A model generated the notes under the pieces. The model was given only the letters and a program-made list of their open reading frames with translations. It had not been told where the DNA came from and searched no databases. Source: Entomortierella parvispora E1425 (taxonomy: Eukaryota; Fungi; Mortierellomycota). From it: 64,000 bases of DNA. The position numbers were made by a program, and so were the translations under genes. The stretch lies in the NCBI GenBank assembly GCA_020891255.1, contig BQFW01000007.1, positions 1,798,001-1,862,000 of the forward strand, in the 5' to 3' direction. Below, piece by piece: positions 22,959-33,845 of this stretch (positions within the stretch are counted from its first letter, which is position 1; each line of letters opens with the position of its first letter).

Positions 22959-25900
22959 ATGACCTCGGCCCCAGGTCGCCCCGACCGTTCCATGGACTGG
23001 TTCGCGAATCTGAAGGAACAACAGATCGCCACCCTGTCCCAAACCTGGGATGCTCTCGAAAAGATCCCTAGCCAGAGCGAGATTCAGTTCCTAGGAACTG
23101 TGACTCGGCTCCAGGAGGACCAAGTGCTCTGGTGGTTCCACGCACGCGCCAACCACGCATCCGTTTCTAAGGTCTTCCAGCAGCGACGGAGAGAGGGTGC
23201 GAGCGAGAACGACACGCTGATCCTGCCTGCACTGAAGGAACACGCACTTTTTCAGCGGTATAGAAAAGGCGATCCAATACGACAAAGAGAAATCACAAAA
23301 AAACCTGATGCTTGTTCAACTGCAGGCTGTTCAACTGCAGGCGTACCTGGACCTGCACCGAAACGAAAACCAGGACCAAAGTCAGCACGGACAGCTAGAT
23401 CAAAAGCGGCGGCAGCGCCAGCAGAACCGGCAGAACCGACAGAACCGATAGCTACCAAACGCAGAAGGGAAGCTACAGGCCCCATATCAGACAAAGACGA
23501 GCCAACAGCTTCCAAAATAAGGAATCGGCGCGCTCAGACCCCCGACCGCTCTTCCACCACCACGCCTTCGCCCAAGAGAATCCGTTCATCCGCCAGCACT
23601 TTGACTGACTCTACACGAGTAGCTGTCTCTTCTCTGTTGATCAGAGTGGAGAGCACTGAGCCGGCAATCGAGGAGGATCTTGTTATGGAGTCTGGAAAGA
23701 TTATAACCACCACATCCGCCTCTCCAAAGGTTCTCGGCAGGTCTGCTACCAGTCTGTCGCCAGAGCCCGACGCAAGAAAGCAGCTCAAAACAACCAGAGG
23801 CGGCTTTTCTAAGGAGGGGAATACCACCGAAGTCAAGGACCAGGACAATGGTGAGAACATCCCTGAGGAGCAGACTGAACCAACCACGAGCAGGCCTCGA
23901 CGCGGCACACGGAATCGCCGCCACTCTCACCCAACCAGCACGACCCAGGACAATGATATCAGTAATAATCTCAAACCAGCGCCGGTGGCTGAAGAGGTCA
24001 GTCCATCCACTACTGCCGACACAGCCTTGACCACAGAGAAGTCCACAGGTCTTCGTCGACGTGGTCGGAGTGTGGCAAGAGCGGCCGAAACAAATCCCAT
24101 CGCACCTGCAGGAACTCGCCGACGTGGCCGCAGTACAGTAAGGACAACGGCAGCAAACAATACCACTACCGAACCTGCAGTAACTCAACAGCATGTTAGT
24201 GGTGAATCGCGAGTGGTTGAAACAAGTCCTGGGGCTGAAGAGATCACAGAGACTTGTCCTGGTGGCCAGAGTACAGAGAAGGCGACCGGGGTAAATTCTG
24301 TTCTGGCCAAACTGGTGACCACTCGACAGCGTAGCCGAAGTGCAGCCAGGGTGACTGAAGGAAGCTCTACCCAGGCTTCACCTTCGCATGAGCGTGGCCG
24401 CAGTAAAGTAAGGGTGGCCGAAAAAGCTATCTCTCTAGCATCGCCGAAGACCCCGCGCACTCGTGGACGCAGTAAAGCGACGGAGACCAGGAAGATAACT
24501 CCTACTCAGTTGACAGGGTCCACAGAGCACGAGCAAAGCATGTCAGGAGTAGCCGATGCAGTTTTCCCCTCATCAGAGCCTCCGGATTCCCGCCGACGTA
24601 GTCGAAGTACAACGAGAGCATCGTGGGTGGACGATTTGAATATGTATGCTGCCATTGTACCAAAGTTCAGGACAAAGATATCAGTCGCAAGCTCCCAAGA
24701 ACCGACGCCTGCTGGAGTGGAGACTGTATCAGAAGACTCGGGGACTCAATTCTCTGCGTCCATTCGTGACCCACGCATCGCATATGGCTCTCCGGATGTT
24801 GCATCTGCAACTACAGCAAACCGAGATACTCTATTATTGGACATGTCTGTCGATTCCGCTCAACCCCTGCTATCTTCTCGCGTCGTCATTCCTCTCTTTC
24901 CTGTATTGCATCCAGGTCTCTCATCAGATCCACGTATTTCTCATGCTGTACATATGGGACCTATCCCTCAACCTCTGGGCAAGCAGGAGATCGAAAGACT
25001 GGAAAGCAGGGGACGGGATGCAGTTCGCCGAGAGCAGGAAAGGGAAAGGTTGGAGCGAGAGGACGAGGAACGGGACGAAATGGAGCGGATCCTCAGACAA
25101 AGTGCTCCAATGGAGAGGCCGTGGACGCCGTCGCCCAAGTCTCTTTCGCGCTCATCACCTAACAGCTGTACAAGGAGCCCTACTATGTTTGAAACTATAC
25201 CATCATTGGCCACTCCCCCTTCTTTACCGGAGAATATCAGACATATTCGAGGCGGATCGAAGGGTCACTCAGATGCATTCGAGCGGCCTTTTTCCACTTT
25301 AGAACCCCCTCACCCGCTAGATACCCACGAATGGAACAGGTCGCCGCTAGGAACGCAACCAGCCAACCAATGGATTGAACCCTCTGGGCCTATAAACATC
25401 CAGTTGGGATCTACGAGGAAATCGAGCGAGTCCTGGATAGACCCTTCAAGGGGTGTTGACGATTCGTGGAACAAATTAGCTGGGGTTCACCGCAGATCGA
25501 ACGATATCCTCGACCAACACCCAAGTACCTCCTCTCATCGTCAAATCCAAGATGATCATCGCACAAGGAGCCCTAATGGTAGACAGTCCCAAGATGGCTA
25601 TCATGGTCGCAATGACTCCCGCACATATTCTCGCCGGGAGTCTCGATATGAGCGTCGTGAAGGGCGCTCCCGTAGTCGTTCTGACCGCCAGTCTCGACAG
25701 GAGCGTCATGAAAGTCAGTCTCGAGAGGATCGGCATGAAAATCGTTCTGAGGTTCGGTCTGACCGAGAGTCACGTCATGAGCATGGCGATGGCCATTCCC
25801 GCGACCGTTCTGATCGCCACTCGCGACAGGAGCCTCCTGACAGTCGTTCTCGGGACCAGTCTGACCGAAACTCACGTCATGAGCATGGCGGTGGCCATTC

Positions 25901-27185
25901 CCGCGACCGTTCTGATCGCCACTCTCGACAGGAGCCTCATGATAGTCGTTCTCGGGACCAGTCTGACCGAAAGTCACGTCGCGATCATGGCGATAGCTAT
26001 TCCCGCGACCGTTCTGACCGGAAGTCACGACACGAACGTCCTCGCAGCCATACCCATAACAAATCTCGCAGAGATCGCCAGACTGGTCGCTCTCGCAGTC
26101 GCTCTCCAAGACGTTCTCATCGTAGATCTAGGCACACAAGTCATTCCAGCAATCGTCATTCATCTCTTCGACAGGCATCTCCTCGTCAATCTCCTCCACG
26201 GGAAAGTTCGTCGAGTCACTATGAGCACCACAGCTCTCGCCAAAATGATGGCGACCAAAACATGGGCGATATTGCGGCATCTCGTCATCATCAGGGACCA
26301 TTGCAGCACGCTCAACCTATTGTCGATATTGCAGAGATTATTGATGCTCCTCAAATATTAATGGTTGCTGAGAAAGCAAGGTCAATTCGGAGGTCGATAG
26401 GGGAGGTTGAGCATGCATGCCGTGAGAGCGACTTAATCATGGAGCTAGAGGAGAAAACGGATCCTCGGAAGTTCAAGGATTCGGAAGGCCCTAAAGTCTT
26501 GACAATCAAAGATAGGGACATGACAGAGCAACCGCCAACTATAGCTGCTGAGGCGCAACTTGATGTCAAACATCACTCCGAAGCGGAAGGCTCGCCCGTT
26601 CGCCAGTCGAGCTCTCATTCAACGCGCAATTACAGAAGTCGTCAGTCGTCTCCAGCTGTACTAGAGGCCGACCTTCAGTATGGCGACAGACCTAAGCCCT
26701 TGGAGGCCCCAACAGATGCTCCTGTGCAGGTACCTTTGGTTGTTAAAGATCGGCCTCCAAAGTCTAGTCAAATTCAGCGGATGTCTATGCCCGACCTAGA
26801 AACATTAGCCAGCAGTGTAAGGCAGCATCAATCTGGCATCGAATCGACTGCCAAGGATGAGAACAATTCTCCGATTGATCCGACAGTGCATAGCAGACAG
26901 AGCTCTTCGGCATCAACATCCACATTGACATCCATATCCTCATCGACTTCGACATCAACTGCCTCATCCACAGGTCCACTTGCTCGCCACCCCCCGCGTC
27001 AATCAGGTCTGTCTGCAGACTCTCCTGGAACAGATGAGCCAGGTGTTCCTGAAGAATCAACTGAAGGGGGATCTAAACCAAAAGCAGATATTGAAAAGGT
27101 TGTTCCAGTGCCACAAACAGCCACGGGTATCCCAGAGCGCCCCCGAAGGAAGAAAAAAGGGATGCGTGAAATACGAGACGACTAG
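22959..27185 (+). CDS. Large disordered RS/RD-rich protein with a degenerate N-terminal homeodomain-like segment
   Basis: Uninterrupted ORF of about 1,400 codons. N-terminal EQQIATLSQTWDALEKIPSQSEIQFLGTVTRLQEDQVLWWFHAR, followed by basic, T/S-rich and R/S/D/H-rich regions. Confidence 0.75.
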   Translation: MTSAPGRPDRSMDWFANLKEQQIATLSQTWDALEKIPSQSEIQFLGTVTRLQEDQVLWWFHARANHASVSKVFQQRRREGASENDTLILPALKEHALFQRYRKGDPIRQREITKKPDACSTAGCSTAGVPGPAPKRKPGPKSARTARSKAAAAPAEPAEPTEPIATKRRREATGPISDKDEPTASKIRNRRAQTPDRSSTTTPSPKRIRSSASTLTDSTRVAVSSLLIRVESTEPAIEEDLVMESGKIITTTSASPKVLGRSATSLSPEPDARKQLKTTRGGFSKEGNTTEVKDQDNGENIPEEQTEPTTSRPRRGTRNRRHSHPTSTTQDNDISNNLKPAPVAEEVSPSTTADTALTTEKSTGLRRRGRSVARAAETNPIAPAGTRRRGRSTVRTTAANNTTTEPAVTQQHVSGESRVVETSPGAEEITETCPGGQSTEKATGVNSVLAKLVTTRQRSRSAARVTEGSSTQASPSHERGRSKVRVAEKAISLASPKTPRTRGRSKATETRKITPTQLTGSTEHEQSMSGVADAVFPSSEPPDSRRRSRSTTRASWVDDLNMYAAIVPKFRTKISVASSQEPTPAGVETVSEDSGTQFSASIRDPRIAYGSPDVASATTANRDTLLLDMSVDSAQPLLSSRVVIPLFPVLHPGLSSDPRISHAVHMGPIPQPLGKQEIERLESRGRDAVRREQERERLEREDEERDEMERILRQSAPMERPWTPSPKSLSRSSPNSCTRSPTMFETIPSLATPPSLPENIRHIRGGSKGHSDAFERPFSTLEPPHPLDTHEWNRSPLGTQPANQWIEPSGPINIQLGSTRKSSESWIDPSRGVDDSWNKLAGVHRRSNDILDQHPSTSSHRQIQDDHRTRSPNGRQSQDGYHGRNDSRTYSRRESRYERREGRSRSRSDRQSRQERHESQSREDRHENRSEVRSDRESRHEHGDGHSRDRSDRHSRQEPPDSRSRDQSDRNSRHEHGGGHSRDRSDRHSRQEPHDSRSRDQSDRKSRRDHGDSYSRDRSDRKSRHERPRSHTHNKSRRDRQTGRSRSRSPRRSHRRSRHTSHSSNRHSSLRQASPRQSPPRESSSSHYEHHSSRQNDGDQNMGDIAASRHHQGPLQHAQPIVDIAEIIDAPQILMVAEKARSIRRSIGEVEHACRESDLIMELEEKTDPRKFKDSEGPKVLTIKDRDMTEQPPTIAAEAQLDVKHHSEAEGSPVRQSSSHSTRNYRSRQSSPAVLEADLQYGDRPKPLEAPTDAPVQVPLVVKDRPPKSSQIQRMSMPDLETLASSVRQHQSGIESTAKDENNSPIDPTVHSRQSSSASTSTLTSISSSTSTSTASSTGPLARHPPRQSGLSADSPGTDEPGVPEESTEGGSKPKADIEKVVPVPQTATGIPERPRRKKKGMREIRDD
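25758..26030 (+). repeat. Coding higher-order tandem repeat: 102-nt (34-aa) unit made of two 17-aa subunits, about 2.7 copies
   Basis: Units start at 25758, 25860 and 25962: SDRESRHEHGDGHSRDR-SDRHSRQEPPDSRSRDQ / SDRNSRHEHGGGHSRDR-SDRHSRQEPHDSRSRDQ / SDRKSRRDHGDSYSRDR. Confidence 0.9.
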
Positions 27186-27434
27186 GGAAAATAGGTGAAA
27201 TCCCTTTCCTGGCTCTGAATATGAATCGATCCATAGGAATGCGTCAACTGTTGTACATAAAGAAAATGACGGTTTCCTTGTTTCGATATATCTGCCTCTC
27301 CGAGTCTACCGCTCACTCACACTGTTAGATCACAAACTCCCGACTCTTCTGCGAACGTTGGTACGGTGGTTTATTTTAGATGTGGCATGTGGATGGGGTT
27401 GTATGTGCATTTGCTTCTGCTCCTCTGTGCTTGT

Positions 27435-28023
27435 TTAAGCCAAAGGAAGGATAAGGCGGATCAAAGAGGGCTTGGGATCGCTTCTATAGATTTGCAGAAA
27501 ATTCGAGATTACGGAAGAATAGGTCAGTGACCCATGGAACTTCAAGCGCCACAGAGCAAGTTTCTCTATAATGTCGTTCTTATGTCCCAGTTGCCTGTCT
27601 CTCCAGGGAATAGCTTCCTTGAGTGCACTGGTATACTGCGTTCTCCAGAATGACAAGAAAGCAAAGGGCAAAAAAACAGCCAGTATCAAAGTGTGGGGGT
27701 CGTTCGAGTTCCGTGTCGTTCACTGTTCTGGTCCATGATTGCATGTTCCATGTCTCCAGCAAGGTCCTTCATTGTTGCAATATTAGTTCAGTGGAAATAG
27801 TAATTACCGGGTGAATCCTATTGAATGCAAACCACGCAAGGTTGAGGGTTAGAATGCAAGCCAGTATGACCTCATGGACAGACAAAGAATACAATAGAAA
27901 AAAAGAAGGGAAAAGGAGAGAATCCATACCGAGGTAGATGACAAATGGGATGAATCCAAAGTGGACAACGGTCTTGACGACCTCAGTGACCTTGAGGATG
28001 GTTTCCTTAGTTTCGTCCTTCAT
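27435..28023 (-). CDS. TOM7: Mitochondrial import receptor subunit Tom7 (50 aa, 3 exons including a 10-nt micro-exon)
   Basis: Exons 28023-27930, 27817-27808 and 27483-27435 give MKDETKETILKVTEVVKTVVHFGFIPFVIYLGFTRSDPKPSLIRLILPLA*. Confidence 0.92.
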
Positions 28024-28258
28024 GATGGTATGTAATGTGATGTGAAGAGGGGATGGAGAAGAGAGAAGAAAAGAAGAGACGACTCGTCGAATCAGCGGCA
28101 GCTGGTCCGTCGTCTGTCCTCCGAGAGCGTATTGACTTTTCGGTGGCTTAGCTTCTCCGTCCATCCCTCTGACTGCTTGACCAGAAAGGCAAGTTCTCTT
28201 TTTGCACCCTCTTTGAAGAAGACACGACCCAACAAACCAACAGCGCAGGACTGACAGA

Positions 28259-29730
28259 ATGGCATTCATCCCTCGACCATGGTCACGGGCAACCAACTCA
28301 GCACAGGCATGTCTCGCCACTGCATGCACCGCATTGCGTCCATGCACCTGGATTCCAATGAACCCGCAAAACTCAGCTAGGGGTCTCAGGACAAGAGCTG
28401 GTTTCCGCAGAAGACCTACCTCCAGCACCGGACCAGATCGGGCCCCCTTTGATCGACCAACTACATCTCTACTCTCTGAAAGCGAGTCTGTGGTCACCTC
28501 TGGAGCGATCCCAACAACGAATACCAAAAAGGCGTCTCAGGCAGATCCTGGCAGGAAGATTCAGCGTGGATTCCCTACACCATCACCCACTCACGCGCGC
28601 GAGAGTCCCCCGCGCTTGATCAAGGATAGTTCAGGGAGGAACGCTGCACGAGCCATATCTGATTCAATGGCTCAAGATAGGATAAGGGCACCGAAAGTCG
28701 CATCATCTACGCCCAAACCAACGCCACCGTCTTCAGCCAAGGGAGAAAAATTTCCAAAGAAGCTACAGGCATTCCCGTTTGTTCCCGGCGCGACATCTGG
28801 TGAACTGGCCAAGGCTCACAAGTTCTTTTTCTTGCCGGCAGAGTTTGTCAAGAGTGCAACCAGTATAGACATGATACCCGAGAATACAGCTATTCCAGAG
28901 GTAAGAAAAGGAACAGCAAGAGCCATCGACTTGGGGACCTCAAAATAACAAACTTGCATCCTCTTTTTATATATCCATTCTCTAAACACTCTAGGTCGCC
29001 TTCATTGGTCGCAGTAACATTGGAAAATCTAGTTTAATCAATGGACTTGTGAACCGCAATGGATTGGTTAAAACTTCGAGCAAACCTGTAAGTCGGATCT
29101 GGAGAAAGATAATGGCGCGTTGCAAGACTCATTGTTGAACTTGGTCAAGTAGGGATGGTACTGATTGTAGGTACATATTTATATACATAAGGGTCACACG
29201 CGGATGATGAACTTTTTCAAAATTGGAGAAAGACTGTCTCTGGTGGATATGCCTGGATACGGTTGGAAGAGTCGAGATGAATGGGGAGGTATGATTCTTG
29301 AATATCTCCAGACAAGGAAAAAGTAAGTCAATCTGCCATACGATGTTCACTTTCTTTAGCCATGCCCTCGTCGTTGGATTTGCCCTTTTACTGAAAAGCT
29401 TTGTGCCTTTCCTTTGCCCTCTGACGTATACCTCACGGTAGCTTGAAACGGATATACATTCTCGTCGATCCATCGCATGGACTGAAGGAGAGTGACAGTC
29501 AGATCATGAAATTATTGGACGGTTCAGGACTTTCTTACCAAGTCGTGCTGACAAAAGTGGATCGACTGTCGCCAACAAAGTACACTGCAGCCAAGGCTGA
29601 GGTTGAGGCCGCGTTGGTCGAGGACGCGATTTGCTGTTTCCCAATGGTTCTGGGAGTCAGTAGCAAAACCAAGGATGGACTAGATGAACTCCGTGCGGCA
29701 ATCATTAAAGCTGGACAACTTTCGTTTTAA
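28259..29730 (+). CDS. EngB/YihA-family GTPase (Mrx8/GTPBP8-like), probably mitochondrial
   Basis: Spliced motifs: PE|[17 protein letters not shown] (G1), KP|GHTR (G2), LVDMPGYG (G3), LTKVD (G4). Basic N-terminal extension resembles a presequence. Confidence 0.9.
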
Positions 29731-30032
29731 TAAAAGCAAGAGGTCCATAAAGAAGACGTGTACTTGATTGTACCAGATAGGAGCGTCGTTGTCCCTAAAA
29801 ATCCATACGAGGGGACAATTTCCTCTGAGGTACCATTGAAGAACAAGGTGTGGAGATCCACTGTTTTTCTGAGCAGACCTATGAATAGCGCGACCATGCC
29901 GCGCACGCCTCCGCGAAACACAGGCATAAAAGACCCTTTTTTTTTCTTTTTGTTTTATTATTTTTGCTCAGTCTGCATTCCTTCCTCCTTTCCTCCCATC
30001 CCCATTCCCTTACATTTTTACTCTCATCTCCC

Positions 30033-31265
30033 ATGGACGCCATCGATCGAGCCATTCCCAACGATGTAATGGCAGTCCAACGAAACGCGTCCGAAAGCAG
30101 ACAGGAAAAAAATGTATTGTTCTGAAACTGACTCACTTTAAAACCTATTGTGTTGTAGACCGTCGAGGATCAGGAGGCACCTATTCCCCAACAGACAGAC
30201 CCTACAGAGTCAGAGAGCTCAACTGCTGTCGCCGTTCCTGGGGAAGAGAGCAAAGGAGTGGAGGAGCCAAAGATTGAGGATCCAGAATTGGTGTTTATCC
30301 GGGAACGCCTCGAGGCTATTGAGAAGTATGCAAAAAAGCAAGGAACAGGCTTGATCCTCACTTTTTTTTTTTTATGTATTCTTCTCGGGAAGCGAGAATG
30401 AAGGGCCTGCTGAGCAATTGAAAAAGAAAGAGTTCTAAACCATGGTTTTCTTTTTGCCTCTGCACCTGTGCACAATGCTGGCTTGTTAGAGAAGAACGTT
30501 CAGGAGTCGATGGAGAAAAGATTGCCCTTGAAGAGGTATGGTCAAAGAAACCCTATCCTCATGGTCCATGGGAAGGCTGGTAATGTTTACCACAGCCGAT
30601 CGGCCACAGCTCTGACATCGTCTTGTTTCTTCTTAGCTTGAAAAATCAACTTTGGCACTCTCGTCTGTGCGTCAAATCCTGGGCTCCAAGAAGGCCGAAC
30701 TTGATGCATTGCCGGAATCCGATGATAGCGCTCGGTAAGAACCCCTTGGATTCTCGGGTAGAGTTCCTCAGGATCATCCACCACACATCAAGTTTTTTTT
30801 TTCTTTTTGTACGAATGTTAACATTACTTTTCCCTTAGCGAAACCGTGCAACTGGAAATCGGTGTACTGGAAGAGCAAGTCATCACAAAGGAGAATCAAT
30901 GGAGCGCCACCAAGGAGGTCTACCATCGTGAATACGGCCCCATTGCAGAGGAAAACAATGCTGCCCCTGTGACCGAAGTGAAAGGTAAACGGCAGAACAG
31001 CAGACGGTGCTCATGCTTTGGCTTTTTGGAAAATTTCCCTTTTTTGCAAAGCAAAAAAAAAAAAACTGACACAAAAAGTCCTCTCTTCCGCCTGCACCTT
31101 TGTGTAGCCAAAGCAGAACATGATATCAAGATGCTTCAAGATCAGATCGCCAACCTGCAAAAGCAGCTCGATGCAGTCTCCATCCGAAGAAAGCAAATGG
31201 CAGCAGAGGCAGAGGAACAGCATAGACGACTTGCCGCCGAAGGACCTTTGTCCGACGACGAATAA
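30033..31265 (+). CDS. Acidic coiled-coil protein (about 210 aa, 6 exons); function unknown
   Basis: Canonical GT-AG joins keep one frame: MDAIDRAIPND|TVEDQ..ERLEAIE|KEERSG..ALEE|LEKST..DDSA|RETVQLEIGVLEEQ..EVK|AKAEHDIKMLQDQIANLQKQLDAV..SDDE*. Confidence 0.7.
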
Positions 31266-31517
31266 TAACATGCCACTACATTCCTTTGATGTGACCTTTC
31301 CAGCAGAAAGGCGCAAATGTACTGAATCCTTCAGAGCCAGGACAAAATTAAAAAAAAAAAAATCATGGACTCCACAAGATGCGGTCTTCGAATTATTTTT
31401 TTTGGAGGATCTTTAAGTGAACCGAGAAAAGAAGGCAAAATTGAGTCCATGGTATTGAATGTAACAGAAGCGACTTTTTTGGAGGTTTTCTTTTTTTTTT
31501 TTTTTGCTCTAGCATTT

Positions 31518-33713
31518 CTAACGGTATCGTCCTCCACCACCCAAAGGTGGAGGAGGGGGTGCACGGCCTCCTAGTGTGGACAAGTCCAATGGGATAGCTA
31601 GTTTGGCAAATAAGAGATGGCGCTATCAGTTAGCTCAACGACCTTTAAGTTGCTCAAGAGTTGGTGGCGTCTTGACATCTCGTGAACTTACAGCTGCCGG
31701 TGGAATTGCCGCTGGGATATACTTTTGATCCATTATTGTTGGGTCGAGGTGCTGGGAATTCGTTTGCCAATCTAAAAGTCCATCGACCTTCTGTTGCAGG
31801 GGGTTCCGCTACATTCAAAAACAATTTGCACGTTAGTTTAAGATCGCAACCGCGTGAGAGAGGCCTTAGCAGAACTTTTCACTTACGTTGTTTTGGTGTT
31901 GAGGTCATGGGTGACATGGGCCTGACGTCTGCTCTTTGAGGCGTAGATCCTGACCGGGGTCTAGGTCCTGATCCAGGTAATGCGGGTGGCATGGTGGGGG
32001 GTGGACGGGTCCTGCTTGGTGGTGTTGCTGTGACGATAGGTGAAGGCAATGCAGCGGCAGGGGGTGCTGGAGTAGCGCGGGCAGGTTGCTGAGGAGGCGC
32101 ACGCCCGGGTGGACCAGGAGTTGGACGGGAAGGCGTTGCTGGCGATCCGACAGCAGGTGAGGCTGCTCCATTGATTCTTGGGGGTGGTGGTGGTGCAGTT
32201 TTCCTGGCAGGTGGAGGAGGAGCGGCAGAGCGAGTAGGAAGGGAAGGAGGAGTTGCGGGAACGGTGCGTCCAGGGGTTGGTGGGGGAGCAGGAACAGAGC
32301 GGGCAGGAGATGCTGGGGCCGAGGACCCGTTGACTGGTGGTGGTGCGGGAATTGAGCGCGCGGGCGAGCCACGATTTGGTGGAGCAACTGCTGAAGGAGG
32401 AGTCATGGGTGCCTGGCGCACTGGCGGGGGTGTCCGTCCTGGAAGACTGGGTGGGGTTGCTGTTGGTGGTGGAGGGGTTGCCCGTGCAGGGCTGTCGAAA
32501 GTGGGCGGTTTGGGCAATCCTCGAGCAGGGGTTCCGTTAGTACTGCTGCTGCTGCTTGTACTGTGATCGGCTATGTGGACAAGGCAGGACAAAGCGTCAG
32601 TTGAGTCAGGTCTAGACACTCCTTACGACCATTGTCGCCTTTTGAGAATGTGATTCTGTCGGATGAGAGCCGCTCATCCCCAGACAAGGCAATATAACAT
32701 GGTTCCGTAAATATAACTCTCATGCAGTCCATCTCCATCATTCCATCCAGGATGGACGCGTCCTGATTGTGATGGGTGCCGGGGATCGGTCTGTAGTCTG
32801 TTACAGAACAAGCAACGAGGCCAACCGCCTCTGGTCCCTGTGCAACCCCATAGATTCGTTCTTTGGACGCCTCCTCCACGTCCTGCACAGCAGTCGACGA
32901 TTGAGAATCCTCGTCAAGGAACATACGATCGCCGTGTTTTTTACGCAAGGCCGGGTTCTCTGATAAACAGACCCGGCCGTTGAGAAAAGCCAAGAGTCCA
33001 GTCCAATCGAGTTCAGTCCAGATGCCAAGAGATTCATTCTGCTGCCGTATTGCTGTCCTTCTCTTCTCTACTCTCTTCTAGCAAAAAGAAAGAACATAAA
33101 AAAACCAGGGCAAACAGCCCAAAAAATTAAGTGTCGCTTACCGCCTGTGTCCAGACCGCCGCTTCGACTCTTGAGTTTGGGCATTCCACCAGCGAAAAGC
33201 CCACCCAGCTGAGGTGCGCCTCCAGCACCAGCACCGCCTGTGCTGCCGTTGCTACTGCTGTTGTTATGGCCATGGCCTGCGCCTCCAATTTGAGGTGGTC
33301 TTGCGATGGATCCTCCTCCACCTACAGCGCCCTTTGGTGCCACTGTTGTTGGTTCAAAAGAGAGAAGGGAAGGGTAAAAAAAAGAGAAACCGAGGGTTCA
33401 GTTGGAAGCATTCCATTGGAATCAACAAAAAAGGGTAAGGGATAACACCTGTGTCGAGGACTCCAATAGCAATCGAATGAACGACCGAGATGAGGAGCTG
33501 TGAAGAGTGCAACCAAAAAAAAAGATGTTGGCCAGCTCAGTGCTTACCGATGGCAGGGGCAGAACGATCGTTCGTCACTGCCTTCTTGAGCCTGGTTCCA
33601 CTCTGAATCTGATTGAGAAGGGCATTGCGGTCTTTGGATGGAGGGGGGAGAGCAGGAGCAGGGGGTCCACCGCCTGGTGGAGGGGGAGGGGGAGGAGGTG
33701 GTGGTGGGGGCAT
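31518..33713 (-). CDS. VRP1: Verprolin / WIP-family actin-regulatory protein
   Basis: MPPPPPPPPPP start, WH2 motif RNALLNQIQSGTRLKKAVTNDRSAP, GGLFAGGMPKLK, long poly-Pro region, and C-terminal WASP-binding-like EGRWTF..EFPAPRP..KVYPSG. Confidence 0.9.
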
Positions 33714-33836
33714 TTGATGAATGAAATGGAGGGAGGGAGGAAGACGGGCTGATGAGCGAAGAATGGAAGCGAGAGAATGATGCGAAATGAAGTCAGCGAA
33801 CGAAACGTGAGCGAATTAGCGTCACGTGCACACGCG

Positions 33837-33845
33837 CCTTGGTCG
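33837..33845 (+). repeat. Left target-site duplication CCTTGGTCG
   Basis: Identical to 40883-40891. It directly abuts the left end defined by homology to the ghost copy. Confidence 0.85.

Noticed and set aside
25552-26361. Long alternative-frame and antisense ORFs over the RS repeat, and similar ones over verprolin, the Fanzor tail and PRP6
   Set aside because: These are shadows of repetitive or GC-rich coding sequence, with no domain motifs.
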